Origin: an uncultured Actinomycetota bacterium
Lineage (GTDB): Bacteria > Actinomycetota > Actinomycetes > Mycobacteriales > Mycobacteriaceae
Length of the DNA stretch: 64,000 nt
Reading direction: 5' to 3'
Assembly: GCA_963784665.1 (NCBI GenBank)
Contig: CAWASA010000017.1
Span: forward strand, 61,114-125,113
Positions within the stretch are counted from its first letter, which is position 1; each line of letters opens with the position of its first letter. Positions 1 through 9,696 of the stretch are shown in pieces. A program made the position numbers and the translations under genes. The notes below the pieces were generated by a model. That model was not told where the DNA came from. It was given only the letters and a program-made list of their open reading frames with translations, and ran no database searches.

Positions 1-450
1 GGCCGCCGAGTAGTAGCCGGATCCCACCGGGGTCAGCTGGACGCCAATAGAGGAAATGTTCACGATGGCGCCGCTGCGGCCTGCCCGCATGCCAGGTAGC
101 ACGGCCTTGATCATTGCGACAGTGCCGAAGAAGTGCGTCTCGAACAAGGCTCGGACGTCGGCGTCGTCACCTTCTTCCACGGCAGCGCGATAACCGTAGC
201 CGGCGTTGTTGACCAGAACGTCGACATGGGCGAACCGCGCGTGCGCCTGCTGCACTGCCGAGGCGACCTGCGCGGGCTGGGTGACGTCAAGGGCGACAGG
301 GAGCACCCGCTCCGGCGCGGCTTCGGCCAGATCCGTCACTTTCGCGACGTCGCGTGCGGTGACGACGGCATTGTGGCCGGCCCCGACGACAGCTTCGGCG
401 AGCGCGCGACCGAGTCCGGTTGAGCAGCCGGTGATCAGCCAGGTGGACAT
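1..450 (-). CDS. SDR oxidoreductase (3' end outside window)
   Basis: Manual translation MSTWLITGCSTGLGRALA...LVNNAGYG...IVNISS...YYSAA shows the TGxxxGxG and NNAG motifs; ATG at 448-450. Confidence 0.85.
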   Translation of the reverse strand, partial: MSTWLITGCSTGLGRALAEAVVGAGHNAVVTARDVAKVTDLAEAAPERVLPVALDVTQPAQVASAVQQAHARFAHVDVLVNNAGYGYRAAVEEGDDADVRALFETHFFGTVAMIKAVLPGMRAGRSGAIVNISSIGVQLTPVGSGYYSAA

Positions 451-488
451 GAGGAACGTCTCCTTTCAGTGGATGCGCGTCCTTCGGC

Positions 489-1586
489 TCACTCGTTGTG
501 CTGCTGCCGATACGGGCGCCATCTCAGACGTGCAAATCGTGCCAGCTGTGGCGGGTATGCGAAGCGGCTCGGCCGCTGTGGTTGGTCATTGTGATGCGCG
601 CGGGCCGGGTCGGCGTGCGCCGCCGCCCACTGGGCAAGCCTTCCGAACTCATTGTCCAGCTGGCTGCGCCGGGCAGGATCGTCGTCTTCGGTGAATGCTG
701 CCGTGAATGCCGTGTGGAGTTGGTCGAAGGCCTCGCGCGCCGAGTAGCATCCGGCCATCGCCTCGGACAATGCCCACGGCAGCACGCTCGCCATCGTGTC
801 GTGCCGTGAACACCCATCGGCTACCTGGTGTCTGAACCTGGTGACCGGTCCCTTCGGCGAGTTGCGGCAGCCCTGGCGCCCACAGCCGCCGCAAAGGTAG
901 GTATCCAGAAACTCTTCTAGCTCCGCTTGGGTGAGCGGGTCGGCTTCGCCGGCGGCGGCCAGCAGAGATGCTCGCAGCACCCCAGGGAGCGGACGCAGCG
1001 CGCCCACGCGCTTCCATTGGTAGCGACCGCCTTTGGTTTTGGCATCGGGGTGCGGCGTCGGGGCTGCGATTATGACGCCGTTACATCCCCGCACCTGCCC
1101 CCAGCGCCGGAACGCGCCAGGGCCGTTACCGAACGATTCGCCCGGTGCCGTCGCATAGAGGTAGTGGCCATGGTCGCCCTGACCTCGGGTGGTTTGCACT
1201 GCCGCGGCTGACCGCAGCGCCTCTGCGATGTCCGGTCGACCGGCGCGTGCGATCACGTCGAGGTCGTCAATGTCGAGGTCGAACGCGACCGCCCCGGATC
1301 TGCCGATGTGAAGGGCTATGCCATTGCCGGGATTCTCGCGCCACCAGGCGCGTATCTGCCCGGGATCGCGGCTCGACTTGTCCTGCCAGTGACCATGCAC
1401 AACGCTGCCGGGGTTCTTGATATCGGCGGGGTCGGTCGGCAGGACGTACCAGCCTGCCCCCGCATACGCCAACGCAGCTTCAACCGGCGATAGGCCCACC
1501 ACGTCGGGTACCCACAGTGAATTCCGATCGTCGTCCAACTCGATCGCGTCGCCTACATCCCTCCCAGGGACGTTGCTGGGGATCAC
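489..1586 (-). CDS. Bifunctional DNA primase/polymerase (Prim-Pol, AEP family) domain protein
   Basis: AALAYAGAGWYVLP...KNP...SSRDPGQIRAWW...NGIALH...AVAFDLD (DxD) and GHYLY are typical of the Prim-Pol N-domain; start uncertain. Confidence 0.8.
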   Translation of the reverse strand: MIPSNVPGRDVGDAIELDDDRNSLWVPDVVGLSPVEAALAYAGAGWYVLPTDPADIKNPGSVVHGHWQDKSSRDPGQIRAWWRENPGNGIALHIGRSGAVAFDLDIDDLDVIARAGRPDIAEALRSAAAVQTTRGQGDHGHYLYATAPGESFGNGPGAFRRWGQVRGCNGVIIAAPTPHPDAKTKGGRYQWKRVGALRPLPGVLRASLLAAAGEADPLTQAELEEFLDTYLCGGCGRQGCRNSPKGPVTRFRHQVADGCSRHDTMASVLPWALSEAMAGCYSAREAFDQLHTAFTAAFTEDDDPARRSQLDNEFGRLAQWAAAHADPARAHHNDQPQRPSRFAYPPQLARFARLRWRPYRQQHNE

Positions 1587-1737
1587 GACGACATCGTACG
1601 AGCGTGGTCCGACAGCCAGACCAGAAACTGGGCGCCACTACCTGGCTCCTTGCGGCAGCAGGACGTTCGTCTCTGGGTGGCAGGTGCCATCATCGAAGCG
1701 CCCTGGCGTAAGTCCCAGCCTGGCAGGCAGCCGTCGA

Positions 1738-3156
1738 TCACAGCTTGCCTCCGTCGCCGAGGGCGATGACAGCGTCAAGGCCTTCACCTATGCACGCCAC
1801 GAGCGCGCTTAGGTCCGGTACCGACGCCGCATCGACGGCGATGCCGATGAATGCCTTGTGGTTATAACCCAGCAGCGTGATGTTGGCGGCGGTGCCGACC
1901 GGGGGCCCGAAGGGAAAGACGCTGACCACCTTCGCGCCGGCAAGGTAGAACGCCAAATCGCCGGCGTTGACATTGCTGCACACGAAGTCGTCATGTTTCA
2001 TGATCAACCCGAAGACGAGATTCACTGCTGGACCGAAGGCGTTGATGACCGTGCCGAGCCCCCTGGACAACGGGAGTTTCGCATCCTCCTTCAAGCCTTT
2101 GATTAGACCGTGATAGGTCGCCATCGCGGCGGCCGGGTCATCGGTGCCGACCGGGATCGCGGTTCGGCAACCGCTTTCGCGGTTGCCGAACGGCGAGTCG
2201 CCAGGCTTGCGGATCTCAACGGGGATGGTGGTCCGCAGTTGGTCGACGGGTTTGCCGTGCCGTTGATGGTACAAAGCGAATCCGTGGGCGACGGCGGTGA
2301 CGAACGCGTCGTTGACGGTGCAGCGCCGTGTTTTGGCCGCTTTCCGCAATCCGTCGAGGCTGGCTTCGAGTGCTGCGAAGCGCAGCCACCCTCGGCGCTC
2401 GGTCATCAGGGGGGAGAGGGTCTTGAAGTTCGGCGTCACGATCCGGGCCGCCGCCCCCACATGCTTTGCAACAGTGGTCGCGGTATCGCGCGGGTGCCGC
2501 ACCACGGTCGGCAGATTACGCGCCGTCGAGCCCCCGGACCGGCCCAGGAACCCGAGGATACGGTGTCCGGTGTAGCTGGCGGCTTCGGCAGCCAGCGCGA
2601 GCCGGGATTGATCCTCGGGCTCGGGGATGGCCGGCATCGGGCCAAGATCACGGGGCTTTCGGGTGAGGTCGCCGAGTATCGCGAAGATCGCGATAAGGCC
2701 GGTACCATCGGCCATGACATGATTCATCTTGAGGATTAACGCCGCCTGCCCGCCCTTGAGGCCTTCGACCACGGTGATGGTCCAGAGCGGGCGCTCCCGG
2801 TCGAGGCCGGACATCGTCGACTGGCGCGCGAACTCCAGCACGCCGTCCAACGATCCATCACCCGGCGCGCCGATCCAACGGACGTGATAGGAGAGGTCGA
2901 AGTTCGGGTCGACCATCCAACGGGGAGTCGACAGGCGCAACGGCACCTCCACCAAGCGGTGCCGAAATGACGGCAGGGTACGGCTGCCACGTTCGAGGCG
3001 ATCCAGGAGGACTTCGCGGTCGGGCGCCCGGTCAAGGATTAACACCCCCGTGATCGTCTGCCGAAACAACGGATTCTTTTCGATCCCCCATATCATGCCG
3101 TCCAGATCGCCGGTGTGATGAGGCTTGTGCGAGGCGTGACTGTCGATGGTTGCCAT
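1738..3156 (-). CDS. Wax ester synthase/diacylglycerol acyltransferase (Tgs family)
   Basis: WMVDPNFDLSYHV, LDRERPLW, variant active-site motif NHVMADG, TVNDAF, SNV. Confidence 0.9.
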   Translation of the reverse strand: MATIDSHASHKPHHTGDLDGMIWGIEKNPLFRQTITGVLILDRAPDREVLLDRLERGSRTLPSFRHRLVEVPLRLSTPRWMVDPNFDLSYHVRWIGAPGDGSLDGVLEFARQSTMSGLDRERPLWTITVVEGLKGGQAALILKMNHVMADGTGLIAIFAILGDLTRKPRDLGPMPAIPEPEDQSRLALAAEAASYTGHRILGFLGRSGGSTARNLPTVVRHPRDTATTVAKHVGAAARIVTPNFKTLSPLMTERRGWLRFAALEASLDGLRKAAKTRRCTVNDAFVTAVAHGFALYHQRHGKPVDQLRTTIPVEIRKPGDSPFGNRESGCRTAIPVGTDDPAAAMATYHGLIKGLKEDAKLPLSRGLGTVINAFGPAVNLVFGLIMKHDDFVCSNVNAGDLAFYLAGAKVVSVFPFGPPVGTAANITLLGYNHKAFIGIAVDAASVPDLSALVACIGEGLDAVIALGDGGKL

Positions 3157-3666
3157 CGTTCCTCGGTTGTCATTCGTGGGTTCTGCGGGCCGGTTTCGTC
3201 GTGTGCGCCCACGACGGATCGGGTCTGCCGGCCTGTGCGACCGGAGTACTTATGAGTGTGCGTCGCACCGCTGTCCCGCGGCAAACTTTTCAGAGATTTG
3301 GCGGTTGCGAATTGGTCTTCGGCGGGGATGCTTGGACAGGCCGCGCTGCGGCAACCCTGCCGGATCAGTTCGCAGAGCCGTTGTCGGTACCTGGCAACAT
3401 CCCCGTGGCGGTCTTGTCGTCGATTGCCCGCGACTGGAGTGTGAACGAGGGCGGCCACTTTCATCGGGTCGAGGAGGGCCAGGTTTTCGTATTCGACTGA
3501 GCTAAGGTCGGTTTCGACAACCATAACTATAAATCTTCGGCTAGATGCAGTTGGTAAGTTGACGATGCGACAGAAAAGCTGATTGAGACAGGCAGCATTT
3601 GTCGCCCGGTTCTGCGCTGTCTGGTGGAACGATGAACAGCCTCAGCCGCTGAGGGAGGGTGGGTAA

Positions 3667-4137
3667 TCAGCGGTCATATCGGTTGCTGAGTTTGGTCAAC
3701 GTGGTTTCAATGCCCGCGGCATTGCGCTTGGCGAAACCCGTTCGCTCGTAATACTTCAGCCGGTCCTTCAGCGGCCCACTGTCGCGGTAGTCGAACGTCT
3801 CGGTGACGCATGTGATCGTCGGCGTGATTGCGGCGAACTCCCAACGCCAGTGGTGCCCGACGGGGTGGCGCCATTCGATGAGTTCGTCGGGTTTCATCGT
3901 GGTGATGGTGCTGGTGATGCGATAGGTTACCCCGAACATCCTCATCTCCGTGGTAAACCGCGCGCCCGGGACCAGCGTCTGCGGAGCGCGGATGTTTTTC
4001 CCGACGGTGCCCGAACCGTCGAGTTCGTGGTGTCGACGCGGGTCCGCGACGATCGCGAAAAGGTCAGCTGCCGGGGCACGGACCTCGACCGAGCGGCTGA
4101 CCTGACTGCGACCGGCGTCCACAACGGTGACGATCAT
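3667..4137 (-). CDS. SRPBCC (polyketide cyclase-like) protein
   Basis: [27 protein letters not shown]...HHWRWEF...VTETFDY. Confidence 0.8.
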   Translation of the reverse strand: MIVTVVDAGRSQVSRSVEVRAPAADLFAIVADPRRHHELDGSGTVGKNIRAPQTLVPGARFTTEMRMFGVTYRITSTITTMKPDELIEWRHPVGHHWRWEFAAITPTITCVTETFDYRDSGPLKDRLKYYERTGFAKRNAAGIETTLTKLSNRYDR

Positions 4138-4157
4138 CGCGGCTGCTCCCGACTTTT

Positions 4158-4985
4158 CTAGATGGCGACCATGGCGAGGCTGCGCTCCCAGAGTTCACGG
4201 GCCAAGACCGGGTCGTAGGCCTGAGGGTTGGCCCGAGCGATTCTGTGGTTGGCGTAGTACTCGCCCGATTTCCAGTCGATTCCCGGTGTGGATGAGACCA
4301 GCCACACCAGCTCGTCGGATCCCCGCTCGGGTTCAATCAGCGCCAGATGCTTGATCGGGCCACGAAACGCCGTCCGCATCCACCGCGTCTGCGACTCGTT
4401 TCCGAAGTTGGTCGCCACGTTGCCGGGATGATACGCCGCAGTGGAGATCCCGGCAGCATGGTAGCGGCGGTGCAGCTCCTTGGTGAACAAGATGAGTTCC
4501 AGCTTCGCGTTGGCGTAGGCCCTCATGGCCCGGTAGCCCCGTGTGGCGTCGAGGTCATCGATGTTGACGCGGCCGAACCACCCATTGACGACGCTCGAGG
4601 TGTTCAGCACCCTGGCGCTGGATTCGACGAGCCGATCCATCAGCAGCGTCGTGAGCAGAAACGGGGCCAGATAATCGACCTGGAAAGTCGTCTCATGGCC
4701 GTCGACGGTGACCTCGCGGCGAGCCATGTAGCGGCCGGCATTGTTGGCGAGCACATCGATGCGGGCGTAGGACTGCAGCAGCTGCTCGGCCAACCTCCGC
4801 ACCTGTGAAAGTTCCGTGTAATCGGCCACGAAGTAGTCGGTGCCCAGAAGCGCGGCGACGGCGGTTGTTTTCGGTTCTGATCGGCCGACCACGACCACGT
4901 TCTCGCCACTTCGGCTCAGCCTGGCCGCCGCAGCGGCGCCGATGCCATCGCTGGCACCAGTAATGATGACCGTCCGACCCGCCAT
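4158..4985 (-). CDS. SDR oxidoreductase (retinol dehydrogenase-like)
   Basis: [17 protein letters not shown]; start placed at MAGRTV. Confidence 0.88.
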   Translation of the reverse strand: MAGRTVIITGASDGIGAAAAARLSRSGENVVVVGRSEPKTTAVAALLGTDYFVADYTELSQVRRLAEQLLQSYARIDVLANNAGRYMARREVTVDGHETTFQVDYLAPFLLTTLLMDRLVESSARVLNTSSVVNGWFGRVNIDDLDATRGYRAMRAYANAKLELILFTKELHRRYHAAGISTAAYHPGNVATNFGNESQTRWMRTAFRGPIKHLALIEPERGSDELVWLVSSTPGIDWKSGEYYANHRIARANPQAYDPVLARELWERSLAMVAI

Positions 4986-5219
4986 TGGTGTCCTTTCAGA
5001 ACCCGCGCCGTGACAGGGTCCCACTGCGACCGTCACCAAAACCACCGCAACAATGATTTGTTGTGACGCCAGCGTCACGTCCACCCTGCAGACTTAACCG
5101 ATTAGCGTCACCCCGGGCTTGGCGCCATCGTTACCAACGTGTGGTGAGACGCTTCAAATTGCCTGCCCTCCGCCCGCCTCGCCGAACTCGGCCCCGGATG
5201 ATGACGAGGTCGTTTCCCA

Positions 5220-5663
5220 TTAGGTCCGCTTCTTCACGCTCATGACCCGCTTGCGCAAGCCCTCGGTCATCGTGCTCAATCCGCCCTTAATCGCTCTCTT
5301 CACCAGGAAGCCGGGCAGTGGCACCAGCGGCTCGACTGTGAGATCGAACCTCACCCGCGTCTTTTCGCCTTCCGGAATCAGCGTGTAGCGAGCGTCTTGT
5401 GAGCGTTGCTGTTTGGCGCTGACCAACGTCCAGCTGACACCGTCGTCATGCCAGGTGTATTCGACAACCTGCTCATCGGTGACGCCAACGTTCTTCACCT
5501 TGGACTTGACGCGCAGCGGACGACCCCGGTCGTCGCGTTCGAGCACCTCCGACGATTGGGTCGGGTCGGACCATTCGGGCATCGACTCGACATCCATGAT
5601 GACGTCGAGGATCTCCTCCGGGGTAGCTTCGATGACGACTTCGCTGGACCCGGTGGTGGCCAT
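5220..5663 (-). CDS. SRPBCC/cyclase family protein
   Basis: EVVIEATPEEILDVI...PEWS...SWTLVSAKQQRSQDARYTL...PLPGFLVKRA. Confidence 0.82.
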   Translation of the reverse strand: MATTGSSEVVIEATPEEILDVIMDVESMPEWSDPTQSSEVLERDDRGRPLRVKSKVKNVGVTDEQVVEYTWHDDGVSWTLVSAKQQRSQDARYTLIPEGEKTRVRFDLTVEPLVPLPGFLVKRAIKGGLSTMTEGLRKRVMSVKKRT

Positions 5664-5829
5664 GCACGGACAATAACCTGAATCGGCCCGCATTGGTTAT
5701 CATTTGGCTGCTGACGCTAACCTGACCGTCTACTTGGCAATCGCTTTTCGGCGATCGCCAACGAACGCCTTCATCGTCAGCTATCGTCCGTCTCAAGCAT
5801 TGATTACGCACCGGCGAAGGGAACAGGCA

Positions 5830-6294
5830 GTGAGGACGCTAGAAGGCGTTCTGGCCAGGCACCCGTTCTTCAGCGGGATGGACCCGCGCTATTTGCAATT
5901 GGCGGTCGGGTGTGCGGCAAACGTACGCTTCACCGCAGGTGAGTTGATCTTCCGCGAAGGCCACCCGGCTGATCACTTCTACCTCATCCGCGCCGGCAGG
6001 ATCGCGCTCGAAACCTCCGTTCTCGGCCGTGGCAGCTTGATGGTGCAGACACTCGGAGGCGGAGAAATCCTCGGATGGTCGTGGTTGGTGCCGCCGTACA
6101 ACTGGCGGTTCGATGGGCGCGCGGTTGAGATGACGCGCGCCATCGTCTTCGACGGCAAGTGCCTGCGCGAGAAGTGCGAAGAGGATCACGAACTCGGGTA
6201 CGAACTGCAGAAGCGTGTTATCGCGGTTCTCGGAGAGTATCTCGATGCGACAAGGTTCCGGCTCTTAGACATCTATGCAGACGCCATCGAATAA
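5830..6294 (+). CDS. Stand-alone cyclic nucleotide-binding domain protein
   Basis: HPFF...GELIFREGHPADHFYLIRAGRI...GEILGWSWL; no HTH; GTG preceded by AAGGGA. Confidence 0.85.
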   Translation: MRTLEGVLARHPFFSGMDPRYLQLAVGCAANVRFTAGELIFREGHPADHFYLIRAGRIALETSVLGRGSLMVQTLGGGEILGWSWLVPPYNWRFDGRAVEMTRAIVFDGKCLREKCEEDHELGYELQKRVIAVLGEYLDATRFRLLDIYADAIE

Positions 6295-6366
6295 GGAGGA
6301 GGCCGGTCCTAACCTTCCGGCGCGAGAATCGAATTGGTACAGGGGAGTCAGATCCTCTGGACCGTC

Positions 6367-7032
6367 TCAGCTGTCGAATGCTGGTCCGTCGAAGCGCCCA
6401 TTGGTGACGAACTCTGCGACCGACCTGCGGCGCAGCTTGGTGAGCTGTCGCACGGGTTTGCCGAGAGGCACGATCGCGGTGACCGCGTGCAGGTCAGGAA
6501 TACCCAGCAGGTCGCGGACTTGCTCCTCGACCGCGACGGCCATCGTCGTGATCGTGCCGCCATAGCCCTCGTTACGGGCGGACAGCAGGATGTTCCATAT
6601 AAGTGGATAGACCGAGGCTCCACTCGTGACACCGACGCGGTCCAGGTCCTGATCGACAGCGGCGACAACGCTCAGGTCTACCGAAACAACAAGCACGACT
6701 GGCGCTTTCACAATCGGTACAACGAACGTGTCGGGGATTTCTGTGCCGTCGATGACGTCCTGCGGCAGACCGCTGGGATGAACTGAGTTCCACGGGTTTT
6801 CACCCGCGGTCAGCTGGGCGAAGTACCGGCGAGCGGCAGCCGCACCAAGTTCGGCCAGGCGGCGGCGGATGTCTGGGTCACGCACCACGGTGATGTGGGC
6901 GCCTTGCCGGTTGCCCCCACTGGGAGCGAACCGGGCGTTATCGAAAATGCGCGACAACACTTCGTCGGGCACGGGGTCGTCAGTGAATTCGCGCGCTGCA
7001 AAAGTTGTTCGCATGACGTCATACAGCTCCAT
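6367..7032 (-). CDS. Nitroreductase family protein
   Basis: MELYDVMRTTFAAREF...ARFAPSGGNRQ...GASVYPLIWNILLSARNEGYG. Confidence 0.88.
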   Translation of the reverse strand: MELYDVMRTTFAAREFTDDPVPDEVLSRIFDNARFAPSGGNRQGAHITVVRDPDIRRRLAELGAAAARRYFAQLTAGENPWNSVHPSGLPQDVIDGTEIPDTFVVPIVKAPVVLVVSVDLSVVAAVDQDLDRVGVTSGASVYPLIWNILLSARNEGYGGTITTMAVAVEEQVRDLLGIPDLHAVTAIVPLGKPVRQLTKLRRRSVAEFVTNGRFDGPAFDS

Positions 7033-7043
7033 GGCAGGCTGTC

Positions 7044-8573
7044 TCACAAACCTGCGGAGGCGCACCGCTCGAGGCGGAAGGTGCGCTTGAATCCGGCCGG
7101 CTGCGTTGTCAAAGTCACTTCCACCGCACCACTGGGGGCGATGACGTAGCGCTCCTCGACGTCCGGTCCGTCCCTCCACCGGCCGACCGGCTGACGCCCC
7201 AGGTCCTCGCGATCGTGGAGGGCCGGGTCGAAAGGAAAGAGGACCGGATCGTAGGGCGTGACGTCCCCGTCCGGTCGGCCGTTGACGAGGCGGCTGCACT
7301 CCACGAACCGGAAGTGTCCGATGTTGTGCGCCGCGCGGTAGGTCCGCCTGACCACCAGCGGGGTTTCTCCGTCGGCCGGGAGCGAGACGTCCTTGCCCAC
7401 GATCGGGTCGAAGACGACGTCGGCGCCGGCTTCCGCCTCCCGGAAAACCCCGAAATTGCGCGAGAACCGTTCGGACAACGCGAAACCGGCCTCTTTGTCG
7501 AGGAAGACGGCCAGACCGATGGCCGTGGCCGCGAAGGGATGCGGCGAGCGTTTCACACGCTTCTCGCCGAAGGTTGTGCGCAGCATCCGGGAAACCAGCG
7601 GGAAGCTCCCGGCCCCGCCCACCACGTAGATGCCCGCCACCTCCGACCACGCCAGGTCCCTGCCGCTCCGAGTCGGGTCGTGCAGGACGCGATCGAGCAA
7701 CTCCATCGTCTTGTCGACGAGCGGCGCACATGCCGAGTAGACGTCGTCGATGGCGCAGGAAAACGGGGGCCGATCAACCCCGTCGACCCCCGTGAGGTCC
7801 ACCAGGAAGCGGCGCGTCTGCGGCCCGACGGCCTCCTTACGCGCAGCGCACTCCTCCTTCAGCAGGTCGCGCGTGGCGGCGGCTATCCCTTGCAGGTTCG
7901 ACCGGGCCAGGACGAGCTCGACAATCGCCTCGTCGAAGTCGTCACCGCCGAGGCGTTGGATGCCCTCGCTGATGACGACTTCGTGCGCGTGCCCGGTCAT
8001 CTTGAGAAGCGAGGCGTCGAACGTGCCCCCGCCGAGGTCGTAGACGAGGACGTACTCGCGCTTGGCGGTGATGGTGGAGCGGTACCGATGGGCGTATTCC
8101 AGGCTCGCGGCAGAGGGCTCGTTGAGCAGCGCGCCGACGTGGAAACCGGCCGCCACGAAGGCATCCAGGGTCAGGAGGCGTTGGGCGCTGGAGGCATTTG
8201 CCGGCACGCTGATTGCAGCCTCGATAATTTCACCCGGCTCAACGCCGGCGTTCGAGCGACGGTGGAGGTCGCTCTTGAGCTGAGCAAAGAAGCCGGTGAG
8301 GAGGTCGGTCAGCCGATAGCTACGGCCGGCCAGGTTCACATCGGTCTGGGGTCCGGCCTCATTGAGAAGACGTTTGAACGATCGCAGCACCGACCACCCC
8401 GGCTTGTGGCGGACGGCGGCAGCGTCCGCGCCGAATCGTAGGTCGCCGGCGGCATTGGCAGCGACGATCGAAGGCCACGCATCTACTCCGTCGAAGGAGA
8501 CGACGGGGTAATTGCCTCTGTCGACGACCGCCACGACGGTATGGGTGGTGCCAAAGTCGATACCGGCTCTCAT
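7044..8573 (-). CDS. Atypical Hsp70-family ATPase
   Basis: GIDFGTT, SFKR, ISVPA, NEPSAA, VYDLGGGTFD, LGGDDFD, VVGG; short, non-DnaK C-terminus. Confidence 0.88.
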   Translation of the reverse strand: MRAGIDFGTTHTVVAVVDRGNYPVVSFDGVDAWPSIVAANAAGDLRFGADAAAVRHKPGWSVLRSFKRLLNEAGPQTDVNLAGRSYRLTDLLTGFFAQLKSDLHRRSNAGVEPGEIIEAAISVPANASSAQRLLTLDAFVAAGFHVGALLNEPSAASLEYAHRYRSTITAKREYVLVYDLGGGTFDASLLKMTGHAHEVVISEGIQRLGGDDFDEAIVELVLARSNLQGIAAATRDLLKEECAARKEAVGPQTRRFLVDLTGVDGVDRPPFSCAIDDVYSACAPLVDKTMELLDRVLHDPTRSGRDLAWSEVAGIYVVGGAGSFPLVSRMLRTTFGEKRVKRSPHPFAATAIGLAVFLDKEAGFALSERFSRNFGVFREAEAGADVVFDPIVGKDVSLPADGETPLVVRRTYRAAHNIGHFRFVECSRLVNGRPDGDVTPYDPVLFPFDPALHDREDLGRQPVGRWRDGPDVEERYVIAPSGAVEVTLTTQPAGFKRTFRLERCASAGL

Positions 8574-8713
8574 TCCGCACAAGTTTAGGAGGATGCAGGG
8601 CGGTTCGGGACAAATCTTTGTCCGGCGCGCCGGAAGCCGACGGGGTCCAGTGGCGCGCAGCACTACGTGTGCCGGAGGGCCTTGACGTCGCGGCAACCTG
8701 ACGCCCGCGTTCT

Positions 8714-8733
8714 CCGATGACTTTGGCCCCTAG
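8714..8733. promoter_or_regulatory. Candidate DosR-type box
   Basis: CCGATGACTTTGGCCCCTAG (reverse complement CTAGGGGCCAAAGTCATCGG) resembles TTAGGGACTAAAGTCCCTAA; lies in a divergent intergenic region. Confidence 0.5.
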
Positions 8734-8794
8734 CCCAGCCCACTGGCCGTGGAGACGATGACCTCACCGGAATTTCGTTCGGTCAGGAGGCGCC

Positions 8795-9190
8795 GTGATC
8801 GAGATGCTCAAGGGCTCTCCAAACGACGTCGCCGCTTTTGCTTTCCACGGGCGCGTGACCAAGCTCGATTACGACACGGTGCCGATACCAGGCTTTGAAG
8901 AAAAACTGACTCGACACAAAAGGGTGCGGATCTACTGTGAAATCGCTTCTGACTTCACCAGTTTCGATGCCGGTGCGGTTTGGGTAGATTCGAAGTTCGG
9001 TTTTGGCCACTACTTCGACTGGGATCGCTGTGCGGTAGTCAGTGACGTGGAATGGGTGAAGCACGTGGCGAAATTCAGCGAGTTCTTTGGTTTTCTATGG
9101 CCAGGACAGTATCGCGGGTTTTCCGAGGCAGAAGCCGAAAAAGCGCGCCAATGGATTGTAAAGCCCAACGATAAGTGCGAGCTCGCATGA
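8795..9190 (+). CDS. SpoIIAA-like (STAS/SEC14) domain protein
   Basis: MIEML...VAAFAFHGRVTKLDY...WDRCAVVSDVEWV...EAEKARQWI; SD AGGAG. Confidence 0.85.
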   Translation: MIEMLKGSPNDVAAFAFHGRVTKLDYDTVPIPGFEEKLTRHKRVRIYCEIASDFTSFDAGAVWVDSKFGFGHYFDWDRCAVVSDVEWVKHVAKFSEFFGFLWPGQYRGFSEAEAEKARQWIVKPNDKCELA

Positions 9191-9696
9191 GACTGCACGC
9201 CGCCGTGCCGCGCTGCATACCGATACTGTCCGTTCTCGTCATCGGCGCAGTGGTCAGCGGCACGCCAATCGCGAACTCGGACAACAAGCGGCTCAACGAC
9301 GGTGTCGTCGCCAACGTTTACACCGTCCAGCACAATGCCGGTTGCACCAACGATGTAAAGATCAATCCCCAGCTGCAACTGGCAGCGCAGTGGCACACCG
9401 ATGATGTGCTCAGCAACCGCGCTCTCGACGGTGACATCGGCTCCGATGGCTCGACGCCGCAGGATCGGGCAACTGCCGCGGGTTATCGCGGCAGCGTCGC
9501 CGAGACCGTGGCGATCAACCCGGCGCTGGCGATCAGCGGCATCGAGGTGATCAGCCAGTGGTACTACGACCCCGCCTACCTGGCGATCATGCAGAACTGC
9601 GCCCATACGCAGATGGGTGTGTGGTCGGAGAACAGCTTGGACCGCAGCGTGGTCGTCGCCATGTATGGCACGCCGGCCGCTCAGGTGTCGAGATGA
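9187..9696 (+). CDS. Secreted CAP/SCP-domain protein (Rv1975-like)
   Basis: Signal peptide; DNKRLNDGVVANVYTVQ...LQLAAQWH...GSDGSTPQDRA; ATGA overlap with upstream stop. Confidence 0.85.
   Translation: MRLHAAVPRCIPILSVLVIGAVVSGTPIANSDNKRLNDGVVANVYTVQHNAGCTNDVKINPQLQLAAQWHTDDVLSNRALDGDIGSDGSTPQDRATAAGYRGSVAETVAINPALAISGIEVISQWYYDPAYLAIMQNCAHTQMGVWSENSLDRSVVVAMYGTPAAQVSR

Noticed and set aside
3093-3524. 143-aa ORF upstream of the WS/DGAT
   Set aside because: No recognisable motif, overlaps the next gene and has atypical codon use; probably promoter or spacer DNA
7033-7731. Apparent long N-terminal extension of the nitroreductase (454-aa ORF)
   Set aside because: Shadow frame of the Hsp70-like gene; homology begins at MELYDV
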